Of a DNA stretch of 64,000 nt, positions 49,751-58,929 are shown piece by piece. Origin of the DNA: a virus. The notes under the pieces were generated by a model. It saw only the letters and a program-made list of their open reading frames with translations, had not been told where the DNA came from and made no database searches. The position numbers and the translations under genes were made by a program. The DNA lies in IMG/VR virus record IMGVR_UViG_3300025000_000077, positions 11,261 through 75,260 of that record; one strand, written 5' to 3'. Numbering within the stretch: position 1 is the first letter of the stretch; each line of letters begins with the position of its first letter.

Positions 49751-49972
49751 TTATTCCCCCTTCTTCCCAAGTTCTCTTAATACATCCCGCATAATCCCAT
49801 TCATAACCTCTTTAGCCTCCTCGGAAACGTCAGGAACATAAAACGCAAATGCTACAGGGTGATCGTGAATATTTGATTTATCACCTATTTTTATAAGTTC
49901 TCCACCATGTTCTTTTACAATTTTACTGTCGTTGGTTACTTTTATAATATCCATGTTTTTATTCCTCCTCAT
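49751..49972 (-). CDS. Hypothetical protein
   Basis: Member of a run of coupled small minus-strand genes. Confidence 0.4.
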   Translation of the reverse strand: MRRNKNMDIIKVTNDSKIVKEHGGELIKIGDKSNIHDHPVAFAFYVPDVSEEAKEVMNGIMRDVLRELGKKGE

Positions 49973-50285
49973 CTTCCTTATTCAACTGCTTCGATATTCA
50001 TCACTACGCACATATACTGAAATGGGTTATCGTACCTGCAAGCCATTAATACTTCTTCTTCTTTCGGAACTTTCCCATTGACGCACTTATCAATTGCTTC
50101 GCAGATGTTACATGAACACATTGTTTAAGCCCTCATAATAGCCGACGAAACCGAATCAAGCTCAACTCTCTTCCCACATGACGGGCATTCTCGCGCCCAG
50201 GTGTCGGCAGTTACTTTTGTGTTTCCTTCTACTGTTATTATTTGTCGTGTCCCGCATTTGCATGGGTAGTACATGTTGTATAGGC

Positions 50286-50528
50286 TCATTTTGATCCCTT
50301 CTTTCTTTTACATTCCGCAAGTTCCTTTTTTAATAACATATTCTCTTTTTCAAGATCAGCGTTCCTCTTTTTTAAACATTCATTCTCTGACTTCTCGCTT
50401 TTTAATAAATCGTTTTCTGCTACAATGATCCGAATCATCCCGTCGTCTGTTGGATTTCCATATTCTTCCCCCCGTTTACGGAGGTCATTAACTGTATATT
50501 CATTTACTCTAATCTGTTTTAATGACAT
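50286..50528 (-). CDS. RHH-like DNA-binding protein with coiled coil
   Basis: KQIRVNEYTVNDLRKRG...TDDGMIRII; TATA box ~25 nt upstream. Confidence 0.55.
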   Translation of the reverse strand: MSLKQIRVNEYTVNDLRKRGEEYGNPTDDGMIRIIVAENDLLKSEKSENECLKKRNADLEKENMLLKKELAECKRKKGSK

Positions 50529-50559
50529 AGCTACCTATACACATTCATTACATATAAAT

Positions 50560-50596
50560 GTTACTATCTGTAACTAACGGCGTTACTGTTGGTAAC
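50560..50596. promoter_or_regulatory. Tandem operators GTTAC-N5-GTAAC between divergent promoters
   Basis: GTTACTATCTGTAAC (50560-50574) and GTTACTGTTGGTAAC (50582-50596). Confidence 0.6.
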
Positions 50597-51322
50597 AAAC
50601 TATAAATATAACTTATGCGTATATAGGAGTAGGTTAGGGGCGTAATGCCCTGCTACAGTAAGAAAGGAGTATTGAAAATGTGCAATCATGTTTTAGGTTT
50701 CGGAAATCCAGTTCAATTAGCCTGTAAACTATGCGGAGAATTGGCTACAAAAAATTACAATTCTGGATTATACAGATGTCTAAATAAAGACTGTTCTAAT
50801 TATAAATTTAGTGACGGGACGCGAATTAAAAACCAGTTGAATAATTTTGAATGGAGAGATTATAAAGAAACCGAGGGTGTGGAATAAAATGATCCAAGAA
50901 ACACAAGAATTCAGCATCAAACTTGAACAGTTAAGCAGACTTGCAAATAAAATAATCTACAACGAAACAACACCTGAAAACCTGAGAGAATTGGCGAAGC
51001 AGGCGGTTGTTATGGCGGAAATGTTGGAAATGGAGTGATTTAAAAATGACCTCACGAACAAAACAAGTAACATTCACACTAACCGAGAGACAAACTGAAT
51101 TAGTATATATAGCACTACACAATGAAATTTGTGAATACCAAGACAACCCGGACAAGGCATGGCAGAATAAAAGCAAAGATCAAGATGATAGGAGAGCGGC
51201 ATTAAAAATACTACATGAGGTATTGCCGAGAGGGTACCATAAGACGGAGGATTAAAAGTGACTGAAATATACAGAAGAACTCGCAGATACAAATCAAGAA
51301 GCCTGTTCAGGATGTGGAACGC

Positions 51323-52596
51323 ATGAGTCATTATGGAAACGATGCCATCTATCTGCTACTGTTTGCAATATTATTGCAGCTTCGTGGGATATTAGATAAT
51401 ACTGGATTCATGGGATTCTTAGTGTTTTCAGTATTTGCAATAATACTATCTTTTTGGGAGAAATAAAAATGAATCCAATACGAAAACTAAAACAACTAAT
51501 CGGCTCAACTTTTGGCTCATTATGGGTATGTATGATAGTTATTGCGGGAGTTGTGTTTTTGATAGTTAAGCGGATGATGAGAAAATGATGTTTGAGTTAC
51601 CTGAAATATACGGGCAGATGTGTGTTATTGCGTCCTTGTTATGGTTTGTCGGGTTTATAATTACACTTTATTCATTTTATTGGATACGGAAAAATGAAAA
51701 GAATGGGGTGAGTAGAGGAAAATGACTGAAGAACAAATGACATATAAAAACATCGATGGGAATATATTAAAATTTATATATTACATAATACTGCCTCCTG
51801 CTCTTGTATGTGCTTTGATCGTGATGAACAAAATATTAACGTGGTTGTGTTTCTTGGTTATTGAGAGGATCTGATGAGAAAATGATAAGAATATGTCTAC
51901 TCCTCATGATGATATTAGTTTCAATTATGATGCTTATGTCATTAATCGCGGGCAATGGATACATGTTAGTTTCATTGGTTTTTGCAGGGTTTGTTTGTTT
52001 ACTTTTTATGTTTTCAGGGAGAAGATAACAGGAGTTAAAATCATGTTTAAATTTCAAAAGAGGGAATATTTGTATATCTCAATAGGCATCATTGCATCTA
52101 TTATGGCTCTTATCCTAAGAAGTGCATACACACTTGATCCTCAGGACACTGGATTTGTAGCTTTTGTAATTACACTTGTTTCTTATAATTTGTTGGTTGG
52201 GAAGTTGGTTAGAAAATGACTGCTCATATAAACTTCAAAGAGAGACTAAGAAAACATGCTGAGTTTATATACTTCACTTATGTTTCATTCCTACTGATCT
52301 TGCTATTTCTCGTTATTCAGGGGTGCTTTTTAGGCATGGGTGACATCGTGGGATATATTGGGGTCGTGGGGTCTTTGGTTGTGGAGTATTATATATTAAG
52401 ATATTTAATAAAAAATAGGAAACATGGAGGGTTGTAAATGACTGAATTAGCATTTGAAAGTACGAACCTTATTGATTTTACCAATGTGTCTACAACTGCC
52501 CGTGTTTTGGGTAGTATGCCATTGACAACGATGGTGATCATTTCTTTATGTATAGGAATAATATTAGGATGTGTAGTTTTCAAATTAATGAGATGA
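51323..52596 (+). other. Array of eight small membrane-protein genes (39-73 aa)
   Basis: 51323-51466, 51469-51588, 51585-51725, 51722-51874, 51882-52028, 52043-52219, 52216-52437, 52438-52596. Each has 1-2 hydrophobic helices; tightly coupled. Confidence 0.7.
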
Positions 52597-52782
52597 GATT
52601 TAAAAGAAAAAAGAAGTGGAAAAACGGTTTAACTTAATTCCGCTTTTCGTTATATTAATATTTTTATAAAAATCAAAACGGTATTTTAAAAACGCATTTC
52701 CTTAAACTAAAAAGAAAGTTGAAATCATCTGATTTTTAAAAGAAAAAAGAAAGTCAATTTTCTAAAAGAAAAAAGAAAAAGA

Positions 52783-53217
52783 TTAAATCAAATTCTTCTT
52801 TTCTTCCATTATTCCAATCATTTCCTGAAATTCCTGTGAATCTTTTCCATGATTAGAATAAGCGTTTGTAACGTCTATAGCAGCGTTAAGATAAGCAATA
52901 TAGGCAACGTTAACCTCCGCTTCCACTGCATTACCATCTTTGTATTGTTTTGCGTAGAATCTTTCATCCAGGATATATTCTCTAGCGTCAAATGCAGAAA
53001 TATACCCAGCTTGCATATTATTAATAACATTTAATACGTTTGTTGCATCGTCCTGCCGAAAGTTAAGTTTTTCTTCGTGCGTTTCTCCGGATAAGCTCTG
53101 GTCTACATCGTTGTTCAAAATATAAGGTGCAGATATAGCACCCGTGCTTATCACTCCAAGCACAGCCAATACAGTATAAATTAATTTTGGGTCTAGCCCT
53201 GTAATCATTTCGCTCAA
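52783..53217 (-). CDS. Single-TM exported protein at the end of the T4SS-like operon
   Basis: N-terminal hydrophobic helix, helical ectodomain. Confidence 0.6.
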   Translation of the reverse strand: MSEMITGLDPKLIYTVLAVLGVISTGAISAPYILNNDVDQSLSGETHEEKLNFRQDDATNVLNVINNMQAGYISAFDAREYILDERFYAKQYKDGNAVEAEVNVAYIAYLNAAIDVTNAYSNHGKDSQEFQEMIGIMEEKKNLI

Positions 53218-53699
53218 TTTTTCACCACCGGGATAAATACTCTAAAACCGTAAACGTCTTTTGTATCTCCGATCCATATTACACCATTTTCTGAGATCTT
53301 AGGTCTCTTGTGTTTGTTTTCCCCTCTTTCTTTCCTATATTCAATCCAATCCATTTTATGAAACATTTTATAATTATTACATTCATCTGTTCGCCCGTTG
53401 TCTATTACCTGAAGAAATACGATTGCATCCTTATTACCCTGACTTCTACCGACTCCTATTCTTTTCTCATCTATTATATGGCACTCTATTTCCTCCCAGT
53501 TGTCAGTATCAATTGTATGATACTCACCAACTGCATTAGAGTCATTATACTTAGAAGTTTTATTCTTCATTAGATCACTTGAAACATTATTCTGTTGTGT
53601 TCGGTTATAAGCGTTTGCAACATCCCCACAGTCCACGGGCACACTCACCAATCCGTCAATACTCACAGCGGAAGAGGAAAAAGAAAAAAGAAAACTCAC
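53214..53699 (-). CDS. Hypothetical protein (start uncertain)
   Basis: Coupled within the operon. Confidence 0.45.
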   Translation of the reverse strand: MSFLFSFSSSAVSIDGLVSVPVDCGDVANAYNRTQQNNVSSDLMKNKTSKYNDSNAVGEYHTIDTDNWEEIECHIIDEKRIGVGRSQGNKDAIVFLQVIDNGRTDECNNYKMFHKMDWIEYRKERGENKHKRPKISENGVIWIGDTKDVYGFRVFIPVVKN

Positions 53700-56533
53700 T
53701 CACACACCCCCTCAGTAAGAGTACCATTTGCAGCGGCGACTTCTCCGGGCTTTAAATTTGTTCTAGTCGGGTTAATAGTCCCGTCCTGAGCAAAACAGGA
53801 CTCCTCCTGCTCAGAATCGTCTTCGGTTTGTGCCTCGATTTCATCCTCTTTTTGCAATCTTTCCAGTTCTTTTTTAACATCAAATTCTGGAATTTCTATC
53901 TTAAATGATTGAATAAATTCTCCAAGTTTTGCGCCGCGTGTAACGCAGAAATCCTCCCCGATTGCGCTTTTAACTTTTGTTTCGTTTACTGCTGCCCGGA
54001 CATCGGATTCGTTTTTCTGTTGACAGACGCATCTCCAGATATCACAGTGTTTGAGATGGTTGTTTTTCTGTGTCCTTAACCTTCCTATACTCCTACTTCC
54101 TGGGTGAGCATATTCTAAGCCTAGTCGTTTACCGGTAGGGGTAATGCAAGTAACATCCGGGTCCTCTTCGCCTCCCTGGTCGCCCCATGTATTGATTACT
54201 ACATCCCTGCATCCAACAATAATACATTCTCCACCCATCAGACATTTTGTAACCCAATGGTCTTTACTTTCCCCGTTAATCAGATCGAGATTTGCAATAT
54301 CATTTGATAGATAATTAACTTTTGAAAGGTAATCTGTGGCAGGGCTGATCTTAGGGTTTATTGTAAATCCTTTGAGTTCAATGTTTTTCTGTTTCTTAAT
54401 CCAGTTTTTATTTAGCACTCCAAATGTATCTACAATATACTTTAAACCGGGGTGAATTAGCTCATACTCTGGATCAAAATAGTCCTTCCTTGATACTGGT
54501 ATTTCGTTTTCTTCGTCGTCTTCTGAAACCTCTGGGGCATCCTCTCCAAAGAATACTTTTCTTTCGGTGGCAAGTGGAATAACTCTTCCTGGTACTCTCT
54601 TCTGACCGTAGAAATAGAACCTGCCTTTTCCAGATCTGGATAGATATTTCCTATCTTCATCATCAATTGGGAACTCTCCTGCAAGCTCGTCTATGTCTGC
54701 GGGCTTCATCCCACACATGAAGATAATTGACGCACAATTGCTTTTTACTACTGGCAAGATGGGTTTCATACCTTTCATGTCCTGACCAATTAGCAGAAGA
54801 CTATTTCCAGAGGACATGAATTCTCTGTTAAGTGATGGCAAATATTCCTGCATACCTGGGTTTTTGAGAATTTTTGGAGCTTCGTCGAATGCTATAATGT
54901 ACCTGCCTTTCTTGACTAAAGCCTCTTTTGAGCCTACTTTGATCTTAGAATTGATGTAACTTACTAAGAGAACAGTTATGGCATCCTGATATTTTTCTGG
55001 AATGTCTGAAAGATCGACTACCGTATATTTATTCGAGACATCGAATTCTTCTTCATTTTCCTCAAGCTCTTCATCCATCCAATGTAGGGACTCACCCTTT
55101 TCAAAATCTACAAGATAACCGAGTAATGCTTTAAGAGAAGACCTCATCTGCTTATGTTCAGGATCTTCATCGGTAGACCATTCTTTAATCAATTGTGCAT
55201 AATCCTGTATACGGGGAACTGATGTTTGATCTTTCCATTTTTCTGGGTTTGTAGGGTTTTTATCTTCGTCAAGATATCCTTCTCTGATGTAAAACCCGGT
55301 CAATGATTTCTTACAAGCTTTTTGCATAGGAGAACTAAACGCGGACCCGATCAGCATATAGAAGAAATATAGTGCCGTTTCTTTTGCTTTTATGTATGCT
55401 GAATACATGGCATCTGTATTATCCCCATGTAAAATAGGGTCCCATGTGATTTTAAGCGGTCTTAGCCCCCTTCCTTTAGGACCCACATTTATTAAATTCC
55501 CTTCAAGTGCTTTAATAAAGTTTACTGCATCCGTCCCGAAATCCTGTTTAGGTGAGATATACCAAAATCCAATATTAAGAGCAACAGCGTTTTTTAACAA
55601 ATTTAAGACAAGTGTGGTTTTTCCCTGCCCCGAACTTCCCAAACATGCAAGGTTTGCGTTCTCGGCAAGTGGGCTTTCAGGGTCCCAAAACAAAGGAATT
55701 CCAGCGTCTTTACCTTCATCAAGATAACCGAGGTGTATTCCCTTTTCATCTATCGTTTTTATAGGGGTTCTTCCAGGCCAAAAAGCAGCAGCAGTATTAG
55801 AAAGAACTGTAATCATGTGTTCTCTCATGATTTCATTTGATGGGATTAGGGCTTTTAAAGCCCTGACTTGCCCACCAAAACATGAATCAGTATTAATTCC
55901 TGAGCTTTTGAATTCGGTCTGAGTTTCCGCGATGGTGTAAGCAGTATCATCTTCTGTAGGAGTGCTAATACCTGCAACAACCAACTGTTTTAATATAGAA
56001 TGTTCTCCCTTATAGGACTGAGCAAAGAATGATCTCAGGTCGTCTTCCTGCCAGTCGTAGACATCCGATGAGTTCCCGCTCTGGTTTAATTCTACTTTCC
56101 TGGCAGTTTGTATTTTCTTCTTTTCGTTTTTGTTCTCTCGATTTATTTCTTCATTGCTAGGTTTATATATGATCTGAGTTACTGTGAAATCGACGTGCTT
56201 CTCTTTTGCAATTTCATACATTTTATCAATTGCTTGGAGATCAGCACTGTATTTTATTGCTGTCTGGGTGGGATCTACCTCGTCGGATACTGCTATCGTG
56301 AATAAATCCATGTCCTGAAATTCATTTATTTTTACTCCTAGCCCGTCAGGAGTAGCCTGGATCTTCCCAGGACAACACTGTAACGCGGACATTGACAGCA
56401 TTATTCTCTCAGCTTCCCCTTTATTGAATCTCTCCCACTCATCAAGGACGTTTTCGTATAACTCAAGGAAGGAGCCTTTACAGGCTTCAAAAAGGTATTT
56501 TTTCAATCTCTTAGATAATATCTTCATCTTCAA
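53696..56533 (-). CDS. virB4: VirB4-like conjugation/T4SS ATPase with C-terminal PD-(D/E)xK-like extension
   Basis: LFWDP...NLACLGSSGQGKT (Walker A), ISPKQD, IAFDEA (Walker B), REFMSSG...IGQ, GKGRFY. Confidence 0.8.
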   Translation of the reverse strand: MKMKILSKRLKKYLFEACKGSFLELYENVLDEWERFNKGEAERIMLSMSALQCCPGKIQATPDGLGVKINEFQDMDLFTIAVSDEVDPTQTAIKYSADLQAIDKMYEIAKEKHVDFTVTQIIYKPSNEEINRENKNEKKKIQTARKVELNQSGNSSDVYDWQEDDLRSFFAQSYKGEHSILKQLVVAGISTPTEDDTAYTIAETQTEFKSSGINTDSCFGGQVRALKALIPSNEIMREHMITVLSNTAAAFWPGRTPIKTIDEKGIHLGYLDEGKDAGIPLFWDPESPLAENANLACLGSSGQGKTTLVLNLLKNAVALNIGFWYISPKQDFGTDAVNFIKALEGNLINVGPKGRGLRPLKITWDPILHGDNTDAMYSAYIKAKETALYFFYMLIGSAFSSPMQKACKKSLTGFYIREGYLDEDKNPTNPEKWKDQTSVPRIQDYAQLIKEWSTDEDPEHKQMRSSLKALLGYLVDFEKGESLHWMDEELEENEEEFDVSNKYTVVDLSDIPEKYQDAITVLLVSYINSKIKVGSKEALVKKGRYIIAFDEAPKILKNPGMQEYLPSLNREFMSSGNSLLLIGQDMKGMKPILPVVKSNCASIIFMCGMKPADIDELAGEFPIDDEDRKYLSRSGKGRFYFYGQKRVPGRVIPLATERKVFFGEDAPEVSEDDEENEIPVSRKDYFDPEYELIHPGLKYIVDTFGVLNKNWIKKQKNIELKGFTINPKISPATDYLSKVNYLSNDIANLDLINGESKDHWVTKCLMGGECIIVGCRDVVINTWGDQGGEEDPDVTCITPTGKRLGLEYAHPGSRSIGRLRTQKNNHLKHCDIWRCVCQQKNESDVRAAVNETKVKSAIGEDFCVTRGAKLGEFIQSFKIEIPEFDVKKELERLQKEDEIEAQTEDDSEQEESCFAQDGTINPTRTNLKPGEVAAANGTLTEGVCE

Positions 56534-57392
56534 ATCTCCCGTCTCTTGAATCGTGATAGTTGTAAGTTATGACACTATGGAATACTTTGTGAATCTGCCA
56601 TGCCCATTTAAGCCGCTTGTGTTTTATTTTGTTATCCTTCAAAGCTCTTGAGATGTTCTTTGAAGCTATTTTCAGGTTCTGGATAGCTACTTTTTTTGAA
56701 GCTGTGTATGGTAGGTAATACACTAGATAATTTCCATAAGTTTTTATGTTGGCAGTCTCGATGAATTTCTGATGTTCATATAATGACTGCCTGACGATGG
56801 ATGGCATCCCTTCTTTATTCAGTTCGATTTTTATAGGCTCTGCATAGTCTTTAAGGTCATTTCTTATTGTCAATGTTGATTTCAATACAGACTGATCCAT
56901 CAATCCGGTGAACATCTTTTCCACGGATTGCAGGAAAGGAACGATTTTGTCAGGTTTGAACGCCTGCAATTCATAGAATATAGCCCAATTGTTAGGTCTT
57001 TTTTTGCTGTGGAAATACTCTACGAATCCAAGAAAGTGTATCTTTTTTATATTGCTAACATCTCTTACTTTTTTAAGTCCTTTCTCAGAAAACTTCTCTA
57101 TTGTGTCTTCCCCGGATTGCATCAACATCAGGAATCTTATGTATCTCTCGAATTTGTATAACCTCGCTGAACTTCTGCCGATGTAGAGGAAGACTAAAGC
57201 TTCTATAATGGTCTGAGCTAAAACAATTTTATTTGTAAGGTGATAACCTACCGTCCGGCTGCCCACAAGCAGAGTAATACTTAACAGGAAAAGAAGAAAC
57301 AGCAATAAGTATTGCTGATTTTTCCTCATACTGTAAAAAGTGACATCGATTTTTCGCGTCACTGTCAATGGAGTTGAATCTTGAGTCACCAT
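56511..57392 (-). CDS. Two-TM protein, VirB3/PrgI-like position
   Basis: Two N-terminal TM helices plus soluble domain; overlaps the virB4 start. Confidence 0.5.
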   Translation of the reverse strand: MVTQDSTPLTVTRKIDVTFYSMRKNQQYLLLFLLFLLSITLLVGSRTVGYHLTNKIVLAQTIIEALVFLYIGRSSARLYKFERYIRFLMLMQSGEDTIEKFSEKGLKKVRDVSNIKKIHFLGFVEYFHSKKRPNNWAIFYELQAFKPDKIVPFLQSVEKMFTGLMDQSVLKSTLTIRNDLKDYAEPIKIELNKEGMPSIVRQSLYEHQKFIETANIKTYGNYLVYYLPYTASKKVAIQNLKIASKNISRALKDNKIKHKRLKWAWQIHKVFHSVITYNYHDSRDGRFEDEDII

Positions 57393-58471
57393 AACCCCTT
57401 CGTGTATTTTATAATTCTAGCTGCTCTGAGTATTACCCCAAGCAAAAACCCGCATAGGATCTCAATTATAGCCATAACAATTGGCCACAGTAATGCAACT
57501 GCAACAGTAATCACACTTGCATAAAGTACCATTCTCATATTTGATTCTGCAATTCCCGTTAAATCGAATGTGGCTATTACCTTACCCATCATTGTATCTG
57601 TTTGAGGGTAAGTTTCTGCAATGTTTTTGATTGCTATATTCGAGTACCACAAAACCAGTGGGCGCATAAAAACCGCAGACAGAAACCATGCAGCTAATAT
57701 TTTCGCTATATACTCGGAATAAAACATTGCTAAACAAAACATTAGTATAATTCTGAATGCGTAAGCCGCGAAGAAGTTAATATATTCAATTCTTAGCAGG
57801 AAGAAGCTCGAACATGCACTATATGCCCACGACTCCCAATAATAAACACTGGGTGCGGCGGGAGTAACATTTAAAAACTCAAATGCGTCAAGCGTCAACC
57901 CTGCGCTTAATATATGTTCTAAATCTAAGACGGCTGCAATTATCGGTAATGATAATATTGCGAGTCCGATTAGTTTTAACAAAGTTCCAAGCCATACAGT
58001 ATAATCATGAATCTCATTGTGTCCTGTGAATTTTTTATTTATTTTTTCCACCGTTTCCGGCATGTATTTTTGTAGCATCGACAGCCCGAATGTAAGCCCG
58101 GATATGAAAACGGTAGCCACTGAGAACCAGACTAGATCGGATGCTAATTTATCCCGCACCCATTTTACTTCATAAGGGTTCTGATTGGCTAACGCGATCA
58201 TATACACGACTTTCTGAGCAGGTGTTAGGTTTTCGGAATCAGTTGCATTTCCAAATGTTACACCAAAATTGTCCCTGAGATTTTTTTCAGCTCTGTAAAC
58301 AAAAAACTGTTCTATCCCTCTGGATACTACTTCTATGCTAGTGTCGAGAGGGGCAGCACTAGCAGGAGCCGCTAAAGATGTGAAAAAAAGAAGAAGTACA
58401 AAAAAAGATAAAACAGAAGAACTTTTCATATCAACCTCTCCCCTCAAAAATTGAGTTATCAATAATCCCAT
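57386..58471 (-). CDS. Polytopic membrane protein, VirB6/TrbL-like (probable start 58429)
   Basis: Signal peptide plus about six hydrophobic segments; lies between the pilin-like gene and virB4. Confidence 0.6.
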   Translation of the reverse strand: MGLLITQFLRGEVDMKSSSVLSFFVLLLFFTSLAAPASAAPLDTSIEVVSRGIEQFFVYRAEKNLRDNFGVTFGNATDSENLTPAQKVVYMIALANQNPYEVKWVRDKLASDLVWFSVATVFISGLTFGLSMLQKYMPETVEKINKKFTGHNEIHDYTVWLGTLLKLIGLAILSLPIIAAVLDLEHILSAGLTLDAFEFLNVTPAAPSVYYWESWAYSACSSFFLLRIEYINFFAAYAFRIILMFCLAMFYSEYIAKILAAWFLSAVFMRPLVLWYSNIAIKNIAETYPQTDTMMGKVIATFDLTGIAESNMRMVLYASVITVAVALLWPIVMAIIEILCGFLLGVILRAARIIKYTKGLW

Positions 58472-58830
58472 GTGAGAGAATCAAGTGCTGTCGAGGTACA
58501 CGCCATAAACAGAACTACCATGATCACTCCCACAAACATTCCTTTAAACGCTGATGATCTTTCTTCGTCGTCACCTGTGTAATATTTATAAAGACATCCT
58601 GCGAAATAAAGGAAAATTGTAGCCACTAAAGCTAAAGTTCCCCAATTGCTCCCCTTGTCTACTGGATTTTTAAATGCAGATTTCTCTAATTCCTCTTTAG
58701 CACCTTCCGGTTTAATGAAATCGTTTATTTTAAATGAATTGTCTCCATCGGCTGCTGCTCCCACCATCGGAGCAAACATCATCAATAGGCTCATAACTGA
58801 AAATACAATTTTTAGAGTTTTTGCGTTCAT
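58459..58830 (-). CDS. VirB2/TrbC-like pilin
   Basis: Signal peptide, then TM-GDDEERSSAFK-TM hairpin topology; 123 aa. Confidence 0.6.
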   Translation of the reverse strand: MNAKTLKIVFSVMSLLMMFAPMVGAAADGDNSFKINDFIKPEGAKEELEKSAFKNPVDKGSNWGTLALVATIFLYFAGCLYKYYTGDDEERSSAFKGMFVGVIMVVLFMACTSTALDSLTWDY

Positions 58831-58929
58831 GTTTCCATACCTGTTGCGTAAAATGCCTTTTTACTTAACAACACATTCAAACTATTTATAATTTATGTAG
58901 CAGATGATAAAAAAAGAAATGGGAGTAGT

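Noticed and set aside
52597-52782. oriT in the A-tract-rich intergenic region
   Set aside because: AAAGAAAAAAGAA repeats are adequately explained as oligo-T terminators of the minus-strand operon; no recognisable nick site.
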